Source: Paraspadella gotoi (Eukaryota > Animalia > Chaetognatha). From it: 64,000 nt of DNA. The translations under genes were made by a program, and so were the position numbers. The stretch is from assembly GCA_051294375.1 (NCBI GenBank), contig CM119271.1, positions 12,335,235-12,399,234 of the forward strand, read 5' to 3'. The stretch's first letter is position 1. Each line of letters starts with the position of its first letter. This document shows positions 1 through 12,667 of the stretch, in pieces. The notes below the pieces were generated by a model. It was not told the origin of the DNA. It ran no database searches and was given only the letters and a program-made list of their open reading frames with translations.

Positions 1-133
1 AGACGCGCATGCGTCGATGGGCGAAGTCGGGCGTGGATACCCGATTTAGATTTTAGATTTTAAATTAAAATTGAAAATAAACATTTTAATTTATATTTCG
101 ATTCATTTTTTTTAAAACTTGGATATAATTTTA

Positions 134-967
134 CAGGGGTGGGACCCTATATCGAGACAAAACTTAACGTCCTGCCCTGTCTGAACGATTTGAGATACAA
201 TAATAAAATGAGTGGCAAAAGGGTTTTTTTGGCTTTTTACTTTTATATACAATGAAACAAAGAAATTTTTAAGCAACTACAAGGCGTCGTGGATGTTTTC
301 AAAACATTTGGTCGTTTTTGTGCGCGCGCATTGTATTGCATACGATAAAAGCCATACTTGTTAATATTTTTCAGTGGTCGTTTCTGAACATGACAGTGTA
401 ATTAATGTCTGATCTTCAATTCACCTGATTTTAAGTTTTTCATCCCTATCCAAATTAAACCTATTTAATTTTTTTTTCAGGAAAGGAAGACAAAATTTTA
501 GGAAGATTTTTTTTCTTATTTTTTTGACGCTTTTATTATGCATTCAGAAATCTACCTTAATTATCTAAAAATATCGTTAATAAATTGTTTGATAACAGTA
601 AGTTTTAATAAAAATTAAACCATAACAGTAACTTACCCAAACCTTACCTGCTTACTTTAAAATATTCTTAACCAAAATACCATTTACACCTTACCAGAAG
701 TACTTTCAAAAATATTTTCAACTGATATGTCTTAGAATGAGATTTAAATAATAAGTATTCAAACATTTTTCTTTCAAACCGCGCGGAGAAAACCGAGCAG
801 TTGCCTTTGCTGCAACAAAAAAAGCTTTAAATCAAAGAAAAGATTAATATATCGTTTAAAAGCTAAGAGAGAATATTATACAAATATTTATTCAGATTTT
901 AAAAATTATTAAGAGTTTTAGAGTAAGGAGTTTTTAAATTTTGTCTCGATATATGGTGCCACCCCTG
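134..967. mobile_element. Non-autonomous Tc1/mariner-type element (MITE-like)
   Basis: ~29-bp terminal inverted repeats: CAGGGGTGGGACCCTATATCGAGACAAAA at 134, and the reverse complement of TTTTGTCTCGATATATGGTGCCACCCCTG ending at 967. TA on both flanks (132-133, 968-969). AT-rich interior with no ORF. Confidence 0.85.
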
Positions 968-1215
968 TAGATTTAGATTGCTTTTTAAACTTAGATATAT
1001 TTAATATATTTATATATATTTAAGTTTAGCTTTACATTTATATTTCACTCGTTTTTTAGATTTAAATCTAGCTTTAATTTTAGATTTATATATGGAATTA
1101 TTTGACAATTTTAATTTTAAAATTTTAAATTTATGAGTTTCACTTTTTCGATTTCAAAACTTGAAATCTCGCCAAAGAGTTTGGAATAGAAACGGAAGGA
1201 AAGATTCATTAACTT

Positions 1216-1695
1216 CCGTCGCGAGTTCGTCGCGAGTTAGTCGCGAGTTCGTCGCGAGTTCGTCGCGAGTTCTAGTCGCGAGAGTACCAACTTAGTTTCC
1301 GTCGCGTGTTCGTCAGCGAGTTTCGATCGCGAGTTTCGTCGGAGTTGTCCGAGTCGTGCCGAGTTCAGTCGCCAAGTTGTAATACCAGTGTCGCAGTTCG
1401 TCGCCAGTCGTCGCAGTTCGTCGCAGAGTTCGTTCGCGAAGTTCGTCGCGATGTTACGTCAGGAGTTTCGTCCAGAGTTTCGTCCCAAGTTTCGTCGCCG
1501 AAGTTTCGTTCGCAAGTTTCGTCGCAAGTTAACGGAGCGTGTTCGAATCGCGAGTTTCGTCAGCAGGAGTATTTCGTCGCGAGTTCGTCGCGAGTTCGTC
1601 GCGGAGATTCGTCGTCGAGTTTTCAAAAAAACGTTCGACTATGTGTTCCACCGTCGCGAGTTTCGTCCCAAGTTTCGTCGCGAGTTTCATCGTTC
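1216..1695. repeat. Degenerate CpG-rich tandem repeat (~11-12 bp unit GTCGCGAGTT(T)C)
   Basis: Many imperfect copies of (C)GTCGCGAGTTC. This repeat accounts for ORFs 1306 and 1388. Confidence 0.85.
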
Positions 1696-1927
1696 TACCG
1701 TAACAATTTCCGCTCGGTCGCTTTTAAATATCCATTCTCTCGTTTTCCAAATCGTTCCGCTTTTTTCCTTTTTTTTGTTTTTGTTTTGCTGATTCAATGG
1801 TTTTTTTTTTGTTTTTTTTGGTTTCGCTTTTGTTTTTGTTTCTCGTTCGAAATTTGAAAAATGGAGGAAAACGAGAAAAGAAGAGACCGATGACGGATGA
1901 ATGGGCTCAAATACAAAAAGAGGAGAG

Positions 1928-2440
1928 GAGATGATTGGCTGGAAATGATTGGTTGGGGGAGAGATGATTGGCTGGAAACGATTCGGTTGGGGAGAGATGA
2001 GTTGGCTGGAAATGATTGGTTTGGGGAGACATTATTGGCCTGGAAATGATTGGTTGAGGAGAGAGATTATTGGCTGGAAATGATTGGTTGGGGGAGACAT
2101 TAATTGGCTGGAAATGATTGGTTAGGGGAGAGATGATTGGCTGGAATGATTGGTTGGGGGAGAGATATATTGGCTGGAAATGATTGGTTGGGGAGACATT
2201 AATTGGCTGGAAATGATTGGTTGAGGGAGAGATTATTGGCTGGAAATGATTGGTTGAGGGAGAGATTATTGGCTGGAAATTGATTGGTTAGGGGAGAGAT
2301 GATTGGCTGGAAATGATTGGTTGGGGGAGAGATTAAATTGGCTGAAAATTGATTGGTTTGGGGAGAAATTAATTGGCTGGAAATGATTGGTTGGGGGAGA
2401 GATTATGGCTGGAAATGATAGTTGGGGGGAGAGATAATAG
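1928..2440. repeat. Minisatellite, ~31-33 bp unit GAGATGATTGGCTGGAAATGATTGGTTGGGG, followed by (TTGG)n
   Basis: About 16 imperfect tandem copies with small indels. (GGTT)n continues to ~2498. Confidence 0.9.
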
Positions 2441-2619
2441 GAAAGAGGTCTGGTTGGTTGGTTGGTTGGTTGGTTGGTTGGTTGGTTAGTTGGTTGGTCT
2501 GTCCGTCCAAAGGTATTAAATAAAAAAAATTATTATATCTAATTATTAATATAAAAATGTATCCATATAAGTAAGTCACTGCGGCTCACCACTTTCACTT
2601 GCCTATTCCTGTAGTTGCT

Positions 2620-2820
2620 TCGCTTGTACTCACGGAGCAACACTATAAGTCACTTTTCGGTCAGTCTGTCTGTCTGTTGATCGGTCGGTCGGTAGGTCTG
2701 TCCTCTTACGTTAAAAATGCCCATAACTCGATTATAATTTGTTGACTTCAGGAAATCCTGAAACTACAAGGAATAAAAGACGATTTCAATGGTAATGCAC
2801 GGGCTAAGAAAGTTACTGAG
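2620..2820 (+). mobile_element. DINE-1/HINE-like (Helentron-associated) interspersed element; related copies at ~13060-13300 (+), ~51318-51612 (+), ~53100-53567 (-), ~61580-61630 (-)
   Basis: Copies share AAGTCACTTTTCGGTC followed by a (GTCG/GTCT)n microsatellite. Two copies end in GGGC(G/A)CAACAC..TTGAATTACCGTTCTTGTT. The Helentron assignment is inferred from this layout only. Confidence 0.6.
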
Positions 2821-3689
2821 GCTCAACACATTGGATGAACCGATGTTGTATTTCAAATTTTAATCGATTTCGTAATTGCGCCATAAGTTTTTTCCTGATT
2901 ATGAAGTCGATGTTAAAAGTATAGACCAGTGGAGAAGAAATGAAGAAAGGAGAAAGGAGTAAGGGCAAAGGGCTAAGGCTAAGGGCAAACATAAGTTGCT
3001 TGCCAGTTTGATTGATGATTATAACATGACAAGTTTTTTTTTCTAAATCCATCTTTGCATGGCAGCGTGGAGAGAGAGATTCGGTCTGAAACTGCGTCAC
3101 CAGTAACAACATCAGGGGGCGGCTGTGGCGGCTGCTGCGGCGGCTGTGGATGCGGCGTTGAAGCGGCGAAAAGGAAACGGGACCGCGAAATGTCAAAAAT
3201 TCTTTCCTTGGCGCCGCATTTGCTCCCTTGGCGCCCGGAAGGGGAACAACTAAATGTACTCGGGTGATAGATGACAGTTTGTAGTGATCGTGTCTTTAGA
3301 TGTCGTTAGATGATATATGACAAATAATGAATGATAGATTTATAGGTGTCATTTGATTTGTGATAGATGACGGGTGATAGTTTATAGAAGACAATGATAG
3401 TTATGGATGATAGATGGAAATACTAAGACTAAGTAAAAGGTGATAGATAACAAGTGACAGATAATGACCAAAAATGCGATGAAAAAAATTGTTGCTTTTA
3501 CTTAAAACGATTAGGAATTACAAATTGAAATTATGAAGACGACAACGACAACGATAACGACGACGACGACGACGACGACGACAATAAAATCGCAATCCTT
3601 ATAAAATTCTCGGGAGAAAAAAAATCATCGCAACGAACTTTTAATGAGTCGCACCTTTTTCGTATTGAAGCAGAGATGAAAATATCGTG

Positions 3690-3726
<37 letters not shown>

Positions 3727-3871
3727 CTCCTCTCTTGTCTTCTTCGCATACTTGTTTCATTAGACTCACGTGAAAATTCAAGGAGAATCCCTTGTTTGTT
3801 GTTCCTTTCTAACTCTCAGTCTCTATCTCTCATCCTGCTCTTCCTCAATCGCCCTCATCTCTCTCTTTCTC

Positions 3872-3930
<59 letters not shown>

Positions 3931-4232
3931 CTTCTCTCTCCTCCTTCTCTCATTAGTTCCTTTTTTGTTGTTTACAAAATTATTTTTCTTCTTTCGTGGT
4001 TTAAATGTTTTTTACCTTTTTCCCCCCCACCCTTTTTCTTTTCTTTTCTTTTCTTTTCTTTACTTTCTCTTTTTTACATTTTTTCTTCTTCTTTCTTTTC
4101 TTTTCTTTTCTTTTTCCTTTTCTCTTTTCCTCTCTCCTCATCTCTCCTCCTTCCTCCCCCCTCCCCTCTCCCCCCCTCTCCCCCCTCGCTGTGCGGCTCG
4201 TCTTTTTTCTAGATTCAAAAGGGAATTCTCGA

Positions 4233-5582
4233 ATGGCCCGCCTCTTTAAACGTGGGAGACGGGGATTGGGGATTGGGTATGAGGATTGGGGATGTGGGAA
4301 TGAGTAAGGGTGGGATTGGGGGAGAAGAGACGGGGAATGGGGAAGGGGAATACGGAAGGGGAATACGGATGAGTAAGGGGAGTTGGGAAGGGGATTGGGA
4401 ATGAGTAAGGGGATTGGGGAAGAGAAAGCGGGGATTGTGGGGAAGGAAATACGGATGAGTAAGGGGATTGGGCATGTGGATTGGGGAATGATAAGGTGAG
4501 GGGATTGGGGAGAGAACCGGGCGATTTTGGGGGGGGGGAAAAAGGACAAATATGGAAGGGGATTAATGGATGAGTAAGGGGATTGAGGGGGAGGAAAAAT
4601 GGAAGGGGATATGGATGAGTAAGGGGATTGGGGATGTAGATTGAGTGAAATGGAGTTAAGGGATTTGGAAGAAGAGAACGGCGGGGATGGGGAAGGGGAA
4701 AATGGAAGGGGAATATGGATGGAGTAAGGGAATTGGGGATGTGTGATTGGGAATGAGTACAGCTGGGACTTGGGGAAGCGAAGAACATGGTGAGATTGGG
4801 TGAGGGAACATCGGAGAGGGGAATACGTGATGGAGTATGGGGATTGGGAAGGGGATTGGGAATGAGTAAGGTTGGGATTGGGGAAGGCAATTGGGGCACT
4901 TGGGGAAGGGAAACTATGGAAGGGGATATACGGAGTGAGTATACGGGGGGGAAAAAATTGGGTGGGTTTTTTATAATGTTCGGATTGGGATGCGAGTAAT
5001 GTTGGGATTTGGGGGAGTGAAGAAACGGTTGGAATTGGGCGGAGTGGGCGAATCACGGAAGCGGGAAATAAGGATGAGTAAGCGGGATTTGGTCGAAGGG
5101 GATTGGGATGAGTAAGGGGATGTGGGGTAAGGAGAACGGGGAAGTTGTGGAGATTACGGAACTTGAGGTAAAGGTGGAGTTGGAGATGTGGATTTTGGAT
5201 GGGGATGAGGAAGGGAACGGGGATGAAAAAAAGACCGATGTACAGACGGACAGAAAACTTAAAAGAGAACTAGAAAGAGAAAGAAAAGAGAGAAAGTCTT
5301 GGGCGACTGAAAAAGTCATCCCAAGCATCGCGACTCTGAAAGGCTGAACTGGGATGATAGATTCTTAGTAATAAAAAAAGGATAAACATTAAATTTCCCT
5401 TTTTTCTTCCATTTTCCTCCATTTTCTTCCATTTTCGCCCTCAAGCGGCGAAGACAAGAAAGAAAAAACAAAATCTGCCGAAAAAAAAAATTGGGCGAAA
5501 CTTTCGGCGATTAACTTCACAACTTTGGTGATTTTTCGAGTGTGGAAAAAAGGCGGAGAGTGATAGACAAATAAAAGAGAGC

Positions 5583-5658
<76 letters not shown>

Positions 5659-8401
5659 TTCGGAATTCAAGTAAAAAATGGGTAAAATCGGTGATGTTCG
5701 CAGGTTCAAACTAATTTTAACATCGCTGGAGAAAAAAACTTTCAAAAAAATTTAGTAAAGTTTATAATGAAGACAATCAGTGATGATTAACAATTTAGAA
5801 AAAAGTTAAAAACCCAAAGAATTGTACATTTTGTAGATTTTAAATAAGTCTTTTATCTATTTGTGTCACGTTTATTGACATGCGCTTGTCAGTCTTTTGT
5901 CACCCACTTAGCCCAACGTGTCGTTCGGGACAAAGTGCCACGACAAAGGCCCACGACAAAGTGCCACGACAAAGGCCCACGACAAAGTGCCACGACAAAG
6001 GCCCACGACAAAGTGCCACGACAAAGGCCCACAGAGTTACAGACTGACAAACTTGGAAAACGAAACACTTACAAAATAACTGACTTACAGAATGAAAGAC
6101 ATAATGACAGACTGACAGAATGACAGATTGACGAATTAACAGACTGACAGAATGACAAACTGACATAATGACAGACTGTGTCGATTGACTTCCTTGACTT
6201 GAAGGAAAAAAATGAGAATCTTAAAAAATTTAAAAAAGATGGGAACTAAAGTTAAATAACATTGAAACAAACATATATACATTATATATATAATTATATC
6301 ATTATATATGAAATACTGTAAACGAAAATATATGTAGAGTTGAATTGTTCACGCGAATAAAATTCGGGGAAACAAAAGAGGATTGGTTCAGATAGACGCA
6401 CGCCAAAGACGGACAAAGGGACGCCAAAGACGGACAAACGGACGCAAAAGACAAGAAAAAGGATCGAATTTCCAACGGACAAGATTTTCCTTTTTCAGGA
6501 ATTGAGAATCAAATTCGAAATGAACTTACGAACGCAGAGAAAGGACCTCTTTCGACTTTCGATGAGAAATCTGAATCTGTTCCCAGAATGTAAATATAAA
6601 CAAGTTTTAGCAAACAATGTCGGATCTGCCCACGATCATTAACGGTAATTAATTAATAAATTAATTAATTTGATCCGAAATGTTTGTTTTAAAGTCTTTT
6701 TGTCACTGACCACGGCAAAAGCAACGACGACGATGATGGCGACGACGACAATGATTGAATAATTAATTGATGGATTAATTGATTAATTAACTGATTAAAT
6801 TATGATTAATAATTAATATATCTTGCATTTATATTTAATATAAAAAAGAGAAGGAGGCATAATCAATTAGTGAAACGGCTCCCGGACCGTCAACCGGATT
6901 CGGCCCCGCACTCTCGACGCCTCCGTCCTTTCGTTCATATCTGAGAGACATTCCTTCATTTTTCGTTGCGGACAAAAGAGCAGTCGGGCGGAGACGTGGC
7001 GTCGCTTTTTCCCCAACAGGTCGTCCCGACGGAAGCAAATTCGTCGTCGTCGGTGACTTTCAGATGTTCGCTTTTGAGGTAAGCTTTTGAGGTAAGCTTT
7101 TGCTTGATAACGATTCCATAGAGAGCATTTTCGAAATAATTATTGTAAAGAGTGATTGAAAAGTTATTAGTTTTTAGTCTCTGGTCTTTTGATAGCTTAC
7201 GTCTTTGCGACTAAATTTGCGAGAACTTTTAAAAAGTTTGCGCTTGCATCTTTTCAGCCCCTTTGGACGCTTATGCAAGGGTGCAGCCTTCTGCTCCTCA
7301 CACTTTTTTTAATATTTTTGTTTTTAAACCTAAAAATGTTTCTTGGTTGGTGATGAATCGGACATGTGTGATTGAGTTACATTAAATCTTGTTAAACTTT
7401 TTGATGTAATAAATTTAATAAATGGATTGAACCTAATCAAACGTTTTCTTTAAAAGAACGAAAATGCCCCAAAAAAACATATCTTGTGAACTTCAATTTA
7501 TAATTTTACTCAATCTCTATTTTGATACCTCCATCTTTTTCAAAAATTAGTAGTTAAAAACACGTTAGTGCTATTAACTTCCTCGCTTAACTGATTGGTT
7601 CAAATAGCTCTTTAAACTTTTGTTTTACTGTATTTAAGACGGAAAAAAATTAAAACAAGCTAAAAAAAATGGTCATCTTTAGGAATCGTAAAAAAATAAA
7701 ATGTTACATGTTTGTCCTTTTTGGAAATATTAAGATTTTATGAAAAGAACCTCTAAAATTTTCAATAATTACTCTGCTTAAGCTATCCGAATATGCCATT
7801 TATATAATTTTTTCCGATTTTAACGTTGACTTCGATCACGGTTCTTCGTTAGGTTCAACAAGTTCGCATGTCTCGCATTTATATATGGGACAGTCGCAAC
7901 AGTCCTTAGTCCGAACCGCGTATTTAAAGCCTAAAAAAAAAGAGTTGACAAAAATAAAGGTTAAGATTTTTTTCTCGCATATGAATATTATTTTTATAAT
8001 TTGAAAATTGTGTTCATTGCTTCATTGAATAAGCATATTTAGGTAACACGGGTCTGTCAATGTAAAAAAATTGCTCATTTATGTTCAGGCCAAGCAATGA
8101 ACCCAATTTTCAAATTATAAAAATTAAAAAAAAAAACATTTCCAGAAAAGTCCTTTAACTTACCCTGTTTGTTGTTTGCCAAACAAACGGTCTTGTCGGG
8201 TTTTGGACAAGGACTCGGGCAACACTTGAATTTCTGGATGCAATGACAACTGCCCTTCCCCACGTAATCGGGAGCCCATTCTGCGCACTCATTTGCACCG
8301 CTGACGACGGGAATCGGTCCGCAAACCTCGTTGCAGTTCCTGACGGAGCAATAAAGGGCAATAGTAGTCAGTAGGTATTAACGTTTTGACATTGAGAGTA
8401 C

Positions 8402-8466
<65 letters not shown>

Positions 8467-8603
8467 CTCTTTTACGAGAGTGCTCCATTTTTGTTAGTTT
8501 ATCCCAGAATATAATATAAAAATAAAATATAATTCTAAATATAAGATGAAATGCGCGTTCTGGGAAAATGAGGCCGAAAGGTTTCCACAAAACGTCTTCG
8601 GTC

Positions 8604-8698
<95 letters not shown>

Positions 8699-11502
8699 AT
8701 TCTGAGTGAAAACGAATAAGTTTAATAAATGAAACTAATTAATCTGAAGAGAAACTGTTACTTACACTGATATGCGCTTTGATAGACTGATGTGACGCTG
8801 AAACGCAAAACGGATGTAGGGGCAAAAAAAATATTGTCAAAAATTCTCGAAATTTAATTGGTTTAACTCGATCCCGTCAAAGAAAAATGTAGGCAATTAT
8901 TTTTTCACTTTTAGAAAGAATTTTAATATCTCACCACATCCGGATTCTCGCGTAGAAATTGGTTGAGACTCATGAGCTCTCTCTTTTGAGAAACGCGTCT
9001 CAGCTGATTATTCAAAGCTGTCAATATGGAAAAATCAAGAAGAATGTTAATAGCAAAGGAGGTAATTATAACTTATGAGGAACGAATTTTCATCGTTATA
9101 TAAATAAAGTCACCGGAAAGAGACTAGATATTGAGGCGACTTACCACCGGTTTTTTTAAACATTTTTAGTTTACTGTAAAAGCCAGTATTTTTGCAAAAA
9201 GTTTTAATGGCAATCTTTGTCGCTTTAAATCAGCATTGCGCCACGTACTGGACCCACATGCAATGTTTTCTCTGTTATTGTCACGGTTTCTCTTTATAAC
9301 TCACCCCGGATGTAAGAGGCTTCAGCCAACGTCACCACGAAAACTAAAAGTAGAATGCCCTTGAGTTCCATCTTGTCTCAGGGGATAGAGCAGAGTGAGC
9401 GAGATAGAGATAGAGAGAAAGAATTTGATTCAGAGACTTTCCTAAGGAGAGAGAGAGATATTGAATTAGAAATGGCGCAGACCCGATCGGCGATCGGTAT
9501 TTATAACTTTCGTCGAGGAAAGAAAAAATGGAGGAAGGGAAGAAGAAAATTGAGAAGGAGACAATGAACAATAGGAAGAAGAAAATTGAGAAGGAGACAA
9601 TGAACAATAAAAAGAAGAAAAAGATCAATGAAAGGATTTGCTTGTAAAAGGTGAATAAAACAAAAAAACCTTACAGAGCAAGAATAGTAACAATATAACC
9701 AACTGTTTTTTAGCGAGATCGCATTAGGAATTAGATGTGAGATTTTCTATCAATTTTTAGCTATTAATCAATGATTTATGAGAGCATCACAATAACTCTG
9801 GCTTCATTGGTAAGATTGAGGCCGTAAATCCAGTCGATGGATAGAACATTTTCTCTATTTGCAATGAAAAAAGGTGGCTTCACTAATCGATCCACAGTAA
9901 GGAACCTATTGTTTTAACTTTTAACAGTCGGGCAAGTCAAAACTAATAACTATTTTTTTCTGTTTTTAATTCTTAAACTTAATTTAAACCTAAATATTTG
10001 ACCCTAATCTTATTCTTAATCTTAATCTCTAATCTCTAACCCTGAAGAGACAGTAATTATTGTTATGTGTTTATGAGAGAACCGTTCAATATAAGCAGTC
10101 CCAGAGCTTCAGATCAGGCTGTAACACCGTGTGACAGGCGGGTTAAGCGCCCCGTCCCTCTTGACCGCTAGGTGACCACCGGGCTAGAACCGTTTGGTTG
10201 GGAGACGAATGACTTGCCTCCGGCACCAATGGCCGCTGATAAACGGATGGTGGATTTTAGTCCACCATAACCCTATCCTAACTCCTAACCCTAATCCCAA
10301 ATTTCAATCTGTTATCCGTAACCCTTAACCTAATTCTTAGCCAAAAGTATAACCAAATTTCTAACCTTAACTCCATCCTTAATCATAAAACTCGAAACAA
10401 ACCTATTTCACAATTTAAGCTGAAATGGAGTACAATCTGAAAAGATGCCCCATTACAGTATTTAGTCGGGGTAGAATCATTTTGAGAAACTGCGAGTTGG
10501 TTGAATCTCAGTCTTTTACCAAAGAGACAAAGACGTCGAAACCTTTTTCTTTTCAAAGCACTTTCATGACGTCATATTATTTTTCTTTATTAATATAAAA
10601 AACAATATTAAAAAAACGATGAAAATGAAACAAAAGCAATGTTTACTTCGGCCGTATCTTAAATATTTTCAAAAGCGAATGCTCAATAAGAAATACGTAT
10701 TATATAAAACACATAATATCTTACTTTGACTTTGACTCTCTCCGATCCGGATGAACTCAAATAACAGGTTCTTTTTCGGACTTAAAATTTTCAATAAAAT
10801 AGACGCTTTCATTTTTTCTACAAACCAGCTTCATTTTTCGATAATGAGTATTATTTGTTACGAAAACGTCTTTACCAGTCGGTATACTCACGCTCTGTCT
10901 TTTGTCAATAACTTTTTGTATATTGAAGAATAGAACTTTCTTTGTTCATACTTCCTAGGACTTTAACAAAAGATTCTGTATCTATGGATGACAAGATTAA
11001 TGTATATTAAGTTAATATTTAGTCAGTATAAAGTAACATTTAAAGTGCGTTCTATAAAAAACACCAGGCAGTTAGATTAAGGCGTTATGATATTGATGTT
11101 GTTAGTGCATCAGCCTATCTGACAGCAAAACCGAAATGAATCCCAAATTATCTATTAATATGAAATTGGTACAACCAATATAATATACATATATTATATG
11201 TACAACCTATCTATCTCTCTCTCTCTCTCCCCCTCTATCTGCAGGGCGCAAACCAGGAATGGAATCACCGTTCTTGTTTCCTATGTTCCGCCATTCCCTT
11301 CCGTCATATCTCGTCGCTAAAATCTAAACCCATTGAAATCAAATGTAATCTTGAGCGAGGATGCGAACGTAAACAAAACATCGTCTTTACAAGAAACTCG
11401 TAAATCTTTAGCTTACAGATGATTACATTTTTTTCTCCGCAGAATTTTTCAATTTTTTTCTCTCGTTTTCAGCGAACCGAAGTCCTAGGTGGCCGACGCC
11501 GA

Positions 11503-11559
<57 letters not shown>

Positions 11560-12586
11560 GATGGAGACATCTTTCTTTTCTCTTTCAGGATGAATACCAA
11601 TAACAACAACAGTGAATTAGCGATCGAAGGATCCACGGATTTCTTCAATGATTTGGACGAAGGTGAACCTCAGTTGTCCTGACCTGACCTGACCCCGAGT
11701 TGAACTAACCCGGATCTCCTCCTCCTCCCTCCATTACTTTTCCTCTTCCTCCTCCTCTTCCTCCCCCTCCTCCTTCCTTCTCCTCTTCCTCCCCCTTCCT
11801 CCTCTCGTCCTTTTCCTCCTCCTCTTCCTCCCTCCATCGCTCACTTCTCCTCTTCCTCCTCCCCTCAGACCCCTTCCTCGTCCCCGAGAAGCGTCCGTCA
11901 TCCCCATCGCTCCTCGATCCGGATTCCGGCGCCGAGATTCCCGAGATTCCTGAACCGCTCGTCCTTCCGGCGAGGATTCTCGCGAAGGAAGAGAGTCCGT
12001 CGGCTGCTGCTGCCGCGACTGTCTCCGCTGCGGCTGTCGCGTCGGCGGCGGAGGCTGCGGCGGCAGAGACTCCTGCCTCGGCGACGAGCGTTTCGAACGG
12101 AGAAGGTGGGCTAAGTCAGGGACGGGTGAGGGGGGATTTACTGCGGATTGGCAGGTCCTGCGTTCCAGACCGTGTTTTGGGTCCTTTTTTGGGGCTCTTA
12201 GCAATTATTATTATTATCAAAATGCGATTATTTAATATCTATGCAAAAACTAAATGTGAACCCCGTTACGTATTGAATTGAAGTCGGCGTTAGAGTTAAA
12301 CTGGTTGAGACCCGCAAATATGGATGTATTAACATGTAAATGTAAAAAATAAATGAATCAATGAATGAGTGATTTAATCGATCTGTAATAAATAAATAAG
12401 TAAATCAAATCAATCAATCAATCGGTCATCTCTTATTTGTTCAGCTTCTTTCGTCAAGACTTGCGTCGGACTTTTCGAGCAACTGTCCAACATCGTTCTC
12501 TCCGAGTCGAAGCGGTCGTCGTCGTCGTCGTCGTCGTCTCGTCGAAGGAGCGCACCTCGGTGGAGGAAGAGAACGAGGGAACGGTC

Positions 12587-12667
<81 letters not shown>

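Noticed and set aside
1928-2440. CCAAT-box promoter cluster
   Set aside because: ATTGG is simply part of the minisatellite unit, with no other promoter evidence.
3000-3256. GC-rich island that could be an exon on either strand (ORF 3055 on +; PQPPQQPPQPPP frame on -)
   Set aside because: No compatible partner exons or homology could be established.
1306-6170. Long ORFs in the track (1306, 1388, 3770, 4001, 4246, 5863 and others)
   Set aside because: They are translations of tandem repeats or low-complexity purine/pyrimidine tracts.
9995-10385. Interstitial telomeric repeat
   Set aside because: Only scattered degenerate TAACCC-like units around a SINE, not a true array.
10726-10955. Two minus-strand segments with good donors (gtgagt, gtaaga)
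   Set aside because: No convincing reading frame. They could be UTR exons of the secreted gene but are unsupported.
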